Virus record (IMG/VR): IMGVR_UViG_3300037502_002993 | Span: 1 to 64,000 of that record | DNA length: 64,000 nt | Reading direction: 5' to 3' (one strand) | Shown here: positions 60,419 through 64,000 of the stretch, piece by piece | Layout: each line of letters starts with the position of its first letter | How positions within the stretch are numbered: position 1 is the stretch's first letter | Made by a program: the position numbers and the translations under genes | The notes under the pieces: generated by a model | Told to the model about the DNA's origin: nothing | What the model saw: only the letters and a program-made list of their open reading frames with translations | The model's database searches: none

Positions 60419-61163
60419 GCTCATTTCCTTCTCGTTTTTGGTAAGGGTAATGGGAGGCAATCAGAAAGAGTGCTTCCCCGTCGATGAACACTTCAAAGAA
60501 CCGGTAGTCACCGGGTAGTTGGATGATCATATCCCACAGACCCGTTTCTCTTAATTCGTACTGCAGTCCACCATGCTCATCGAACGCTTCTTGGAAATGC
60601 TCCAAGATGATGCTGTCCAGATGAGCGGCTACAGCATTGTAGGCATGAGGGTGGATCATATCGATCCACCACCGCCACCAGAACTCCTCAAGTTCCTTAC
60701 GGGCAAGGAATTCATAGCGCGTAGAGACGGCCTTAGCGTTATCCCGGTACAACTCTCGATACAGCGGGTCAATAAGCTCATCCACCACATCACGATAGGG
60801 CCTGAGATCGTACACCCACACAGACGTACGGTCTTTGCGTACCCCTTTGTGATTTTCATTGAGTGAAAAGAGTAGGAGGTGGGGCTTGCCCTCCACCCAA
60901 CGCATCTCCACCCAAGAGAGCCCGTCCTCATCAACGGCACCAAAGATGGTGATCAAGTGTCTAGCTAACTCAACAGCTTCAAACAGGGCGTCAAGTTGAT
61001 CCTCCCACTTAGAGTCCCACTCCACGGTGTCGTTAACTAGGATGATGCCCGCATCGGCACAGGCAGCACTGACATACCGCTCGATACCGCATTTCAGGTC
61101 GTGGTGCTCTTCTTCCGGTGTGGAACGGAACAACTCATCGAACCTTAACGTGGTTTCCAACAT
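60411..61163 (-). CDS. Hypothetical protein
   Basis: GAGG RBS, 250 aa. Confidence 0.7.
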   Translation of the reverse strand: MLETTLRFDELFRSTPEEEHHDLKCGIERYVSAACADAGIILVNDTVEWDSKWEDQLDALFEAVELARHLITIFGAVDEDGLSWVEMRWVEGKPHLLLFSLNENHKGVRKDRTSVWVYDLRPYRDVVDELIDPLYRELYRDNAKAVSTRYEFLARKELEEFWWRWWIDMIHPHAYNAVAAHLDSIILEHFQEAFDEHGGLQYELRETGLWDMIIQLPGDYRFFEVFIDGEALFLIASHYPYQKREGNEHV

Positions 61164-61173
61164 AGCGGTGTCC

Positions 61174-61581
61174 TCAGAAGGGGGTCAGTTCTTCTATCAC
61201 CAGATAGTGAGCGGTAGTGATGTACAGCCTGCTCTGCCCCTCTACCACAATCAACGGAAACTCTTCATGGGCAAGAGCCATCTCAATCTTCAACCACTCT
61301 GGCAGCGGAGTGAGTTCCGACAACACCCGCATCACCGGGGGGTATTCAGCTAATGCATAGTGGTTAATATTTCCCTCCCGGACCAAATCCCCTTGACTGC
61401 AGTCCATCTGCACTAACGTCCGCAGGGTGATTAGGTGCTGAAGGGTCGCTTTGATCTTGCCAGGAAGTAGTTCCTGACTCGGCTTATTGTGTTCCATGGG
61501 CTTGGGAAGTGACCGGTGGCCAGTGCGGAGAGAGGGAAGGGTGAACTCACTGGTAGTAGGCTCAAGTATGGTGGTGGTCAT
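61174..61581 (-). CDS. Hypothetical protein (start MTTTIL)
   Basis: AAGGA RBS. Confidence 0.6.
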   Translation of the reverse strand: MTTTILEPTTSEFTLPSLRTGHRSLPKPMEHNKPSQELLPGKIKATLQHLITLRTLVQMDCSQGDLVREGNINHYALAEYPPVMRVLSELTPLPEWLKIEMALAHEEFPLIVVEGQSRLYITTAHYLVIEELTPF

Positions 61582-61743
61582 TTGTTGGTTCCTTCGGACG
61601 GTTTCATGATGGGGTGGTGCATTGATATATTGAAGGTGTGAAACTTTCTCTATTCGTCCCATGCGGCAAAAAGGGGTCCCCCGGAGGAGACCCCCATTAT
61701 GCGGCAATCCCTGTCTGTTTAATGGCTGTGTGGCGTGTTTCTC

Positions 61744-62967
61744 TTAGCCGTAGTGATTTTTGGTGAGTGACCTTAGGATCAGGTAGAGTAGAGCTGCGGT
61801 TCTCACTGACGCCACCACCGCGTTATTACGGGTTTTGACACTATCGCGCACCAACATCTCCATCTGCTTTCTCAACTTTAGCACCGTGGGATCAACACTC
61901 CTTGAGGCCGTCAGTAGGTTCTTCAGACTGGCCAGGATTCCTGCAATGTCATTGGTGTCATCAAGGAGACGTCGGTTTCTCACCAGGTAGTCAAAGCAGT
62001 AGAGTTGGGTCTCCTTCACCATCTCTTCCAGGTAACGATACTTCCCACCCCTACCGTAGTTGGCTGAGAGGACCGTAAGGGTCTCTTTTAGCAACTGCGG
62101 CGGCATGGTGTGCATGGCACTGGCAATCACATCCACTAGCTCCTGCCGGATTAAGCTGCGTTCATTGCGACACACCTGATCCATGTAGCGGATATAGGAA
62201 CTAAAACCCCCACGCCGATCGCGCAGGACGGTATCCCCATCCATGTTGATGGTGGTGGCACTCACGCTCTTGTGACGTGTTCCGGCTTCCTTCAGTTTGA
62301 TGTACTCATCGTAAAGGGTCTTCACCAACTCACGAATACGCCCCTGGGTGTCAGTGACCGTACGAATGATCATCGGCTCGTCTTCAAATTCCTGTAAAAC
62401 CCCCTGATAGATCCGGTTGACTAACAGGTCCTCGCTGCGGGCTTCTAACAGCGCCTTCCAGCTGCCGTAACGTTTCAGGTCAAAGCGTCGGTTCAGACTG
62501 GCATAGAGCGCCTGGGCAATCTCTGGGTCTGCCAGATAGCGAAACCGTGGCACCAAAAGACTGGTCAGGAAACGGTAATGTAGTACCATGAAGCAGTGCT
62601 TCTGTGCCTCTTTCCTCAGCTGACTGGACAGCCCCTTCTCTTGATTCAATCGATAGACCACATAGACGGGGGTATAATTGAACACATCCCCGCTGACTTT
62701 AAAGTCGTGGTTGATGGCACTGGCGTTCTCAAAGTCCTTCTCAAGCAATGTCTCGTCGACATCAAGTACCATGTCGTACCAATAGTCACGATCACTGTCC
62801 AGAAAACGTACTGGATGGACACCTAATAATGCCCCACCAAAGAAGGCCGCGTGGTCATCATTGCGGGTCATGAAACGATTGGAGTATTGGATGATGCGCT
62901 GACACATCATTCGATCAAACTTGACTTCAGAAAACTGCCGGTCAAAGATCTCTTTTAACGTAGCCAT
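61744..62967 (-). CDS. Conserved jumbo-phage core protein
   Basis: FFGG.LLGVHPVRF, FDLKRYGSW, DTQGRIR, SVRTA.LLYL motifs. Confidence 0.8.
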   Translation of the reverse strand: MATLKEIFDRQFSEVKFDRMMCQRIIQYSNRFMTRNDDHAAFFGGALLGVHPVRFLDSDRDYWYDMVLDVDETLLEKDFENASAINHDFKVSGDVFNYTPVYVVYRLNQEKGLSSQLRKEAQKHCFMVLHYRFLTSLLVPRFRYLADPEIAQALYASLNRRFDLKRYGSWKALLEARSEDLLVNRIYQGVLQEFEDEPMIIRTVTDTQGRIRELVKTLYDEYIKLKEAGTRHKSVSATTINMDGDTVLRDRRGGFSSYIRYMDQVCRNERSLIRQELVDVIASAMHTMPPQLLKETLTVLSANYGRGGKYRYLEEMVKETQLYCFDYLVRNRRLLDDTNDIAGILASLKNLLTASRSVDPTVLKLRKQMEMLVRDSVKTRNNAVVASVRTAALLYLILRSLTKNHYG

Positions 62968-63547
62968 AAGAAGGGGGTATCCATATCACCAGGTAAGGGG
63001 GATCGTCAAACGATCAGGCATCATCGTATCTCATCTGTCTACACCACATCTTAAAATTTGACCGCGCGCCGGGCCGCGGCGTCACTCCCAGCCCTTGGCA
63101 AGGTGCGTTAGCACAATGGGTTGTTGGGGTTAGACAAATAAACCATTGGAGTCCTCTCATCGGGTTAATCCCATTTATGAGAGGACTCTATGGGAAGGAA
63201 TGAGAACAGGACGTTGACCTTATAGAAACGGATGAGCTTGTCTCATCCTTCCTTAGCTTTTATCTTTTGATGTAGAAAAATACTGAAAATATTTATAATT
63301 TGGATAAAAGCCGACTGAGCGAAAGCGAAGGAGAGCCCTGTTTCGGGGGGCCTGGAGGGCCCCCTTTTATTCTTTTATAAATAAACCCCCCTCTTATGAT
63401 GGAAACATAGCAGTATTTTACCAATGGAGAGGAAACGGTAATAGAGGCCCCCATCAAGGGGCCCATTATGCCGTATGAATCGAAGGGGGTAGCCAAAAAA
63501 AGAAAGGGTGTAAGGGGAGTCCCCACCAAAGGGACTCCAATGTGAAT

Positions 63548-64000
63548 TCAGGAAGAGCGTTTAATCTTTGCAATAACGTCAGTGATCTGGGCTACCGTAT
63601 GTTGGAACTCCAAAGGAAGATGTGAAGGCATCTGGTGATGTTGGTGGACCTCGTCCAGTGTGTGGAAGTGACCACGGTTGTCGACCCAGCGATAGGGGGT
63701 CAGGTCGCGTTGTTGTTGGTCCGTGAGTGTGGTTCCTGCCGAGGTGACCACAGGAAGGAGGTCAACTAACGCAGATGCGTCCTCAGGCCCCACCATCGTG
63801 AACTGAAATTCATCATCACTGTCGGTGTAAAACAGAGGGCCCAGCGATACGTCTTGACGATGGAAGTTGTAGAGGTGAATCAGACCAGCATCCAATGCTG
63901 ACCACTCCTCAGCTTGGAGGTGATGACGTGTGACTAGTTGTCCTTCTCCACCCAAGACCCCTACAGTGAGCCTCGGGCATTGCAACTGAAAGGAGAACTC
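63548..64000 (-). CDS. Hypothetical protein, 5' end outside window
   Basis: Frame stays open to the window edge. Confidence 0.5.
   Translation of the reverse strand, partial: EFSFQLQCPRLTVGVLGGEGQLVTRHHLQAEEWSALDAGLIHLYNFHRQDVSLGPLFYTDSDDEFQFTMVGPEDASALVDLLPVVTSAGTTLTDQQQRDLTPYRWVDNRGHFHTLDEVHQHHQMPSHLPLEFQHTVAQITDVIAKIKRSS

Overview
This window is a segment of a phiKZ-like, nucleus-forming jumbo phage (Chimalliviridae-type), with most genes on the minus strand. The core block follows phiKZ gene order. It includes an SF2 helicase with an intein, non-virion RNA polymerase (nvRNAP) subunits (gp74-, gp71/73-, gp68- and gp55-like), probable PicA/Imp1 and ChmC, an SbcD-like nuclease, chimallin (ChmA), a DNA polymerase, NAD ligase, ThyA and PhuZ tubulin. 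The main observations are: (1) three tandem group I introns cut the RNAP catalytic NADFDGD motif into 6-nt and 12-nt micro-exons; (2) three paralogous genes carry a DGR-like hypervariable signature, with no template or reverse transcriptase in the window; (3) one intact TnpB has four dispersed right-end/omegaRNA copies, each followed by a different guide, one nested in an intron homing endonuclease, and there is also an intact IscB; (4) a GIY-YIG endonuclease took over the original phuZ N-terminus and supplies a replacement; (5) an endonuclease-like domain sits in frame inside ThyA with no splicing element; (6) a family of helically phased intergenic elements recurs. phiKZ gene-number equivalents come from recalled motifs and synteny, not from database searches.
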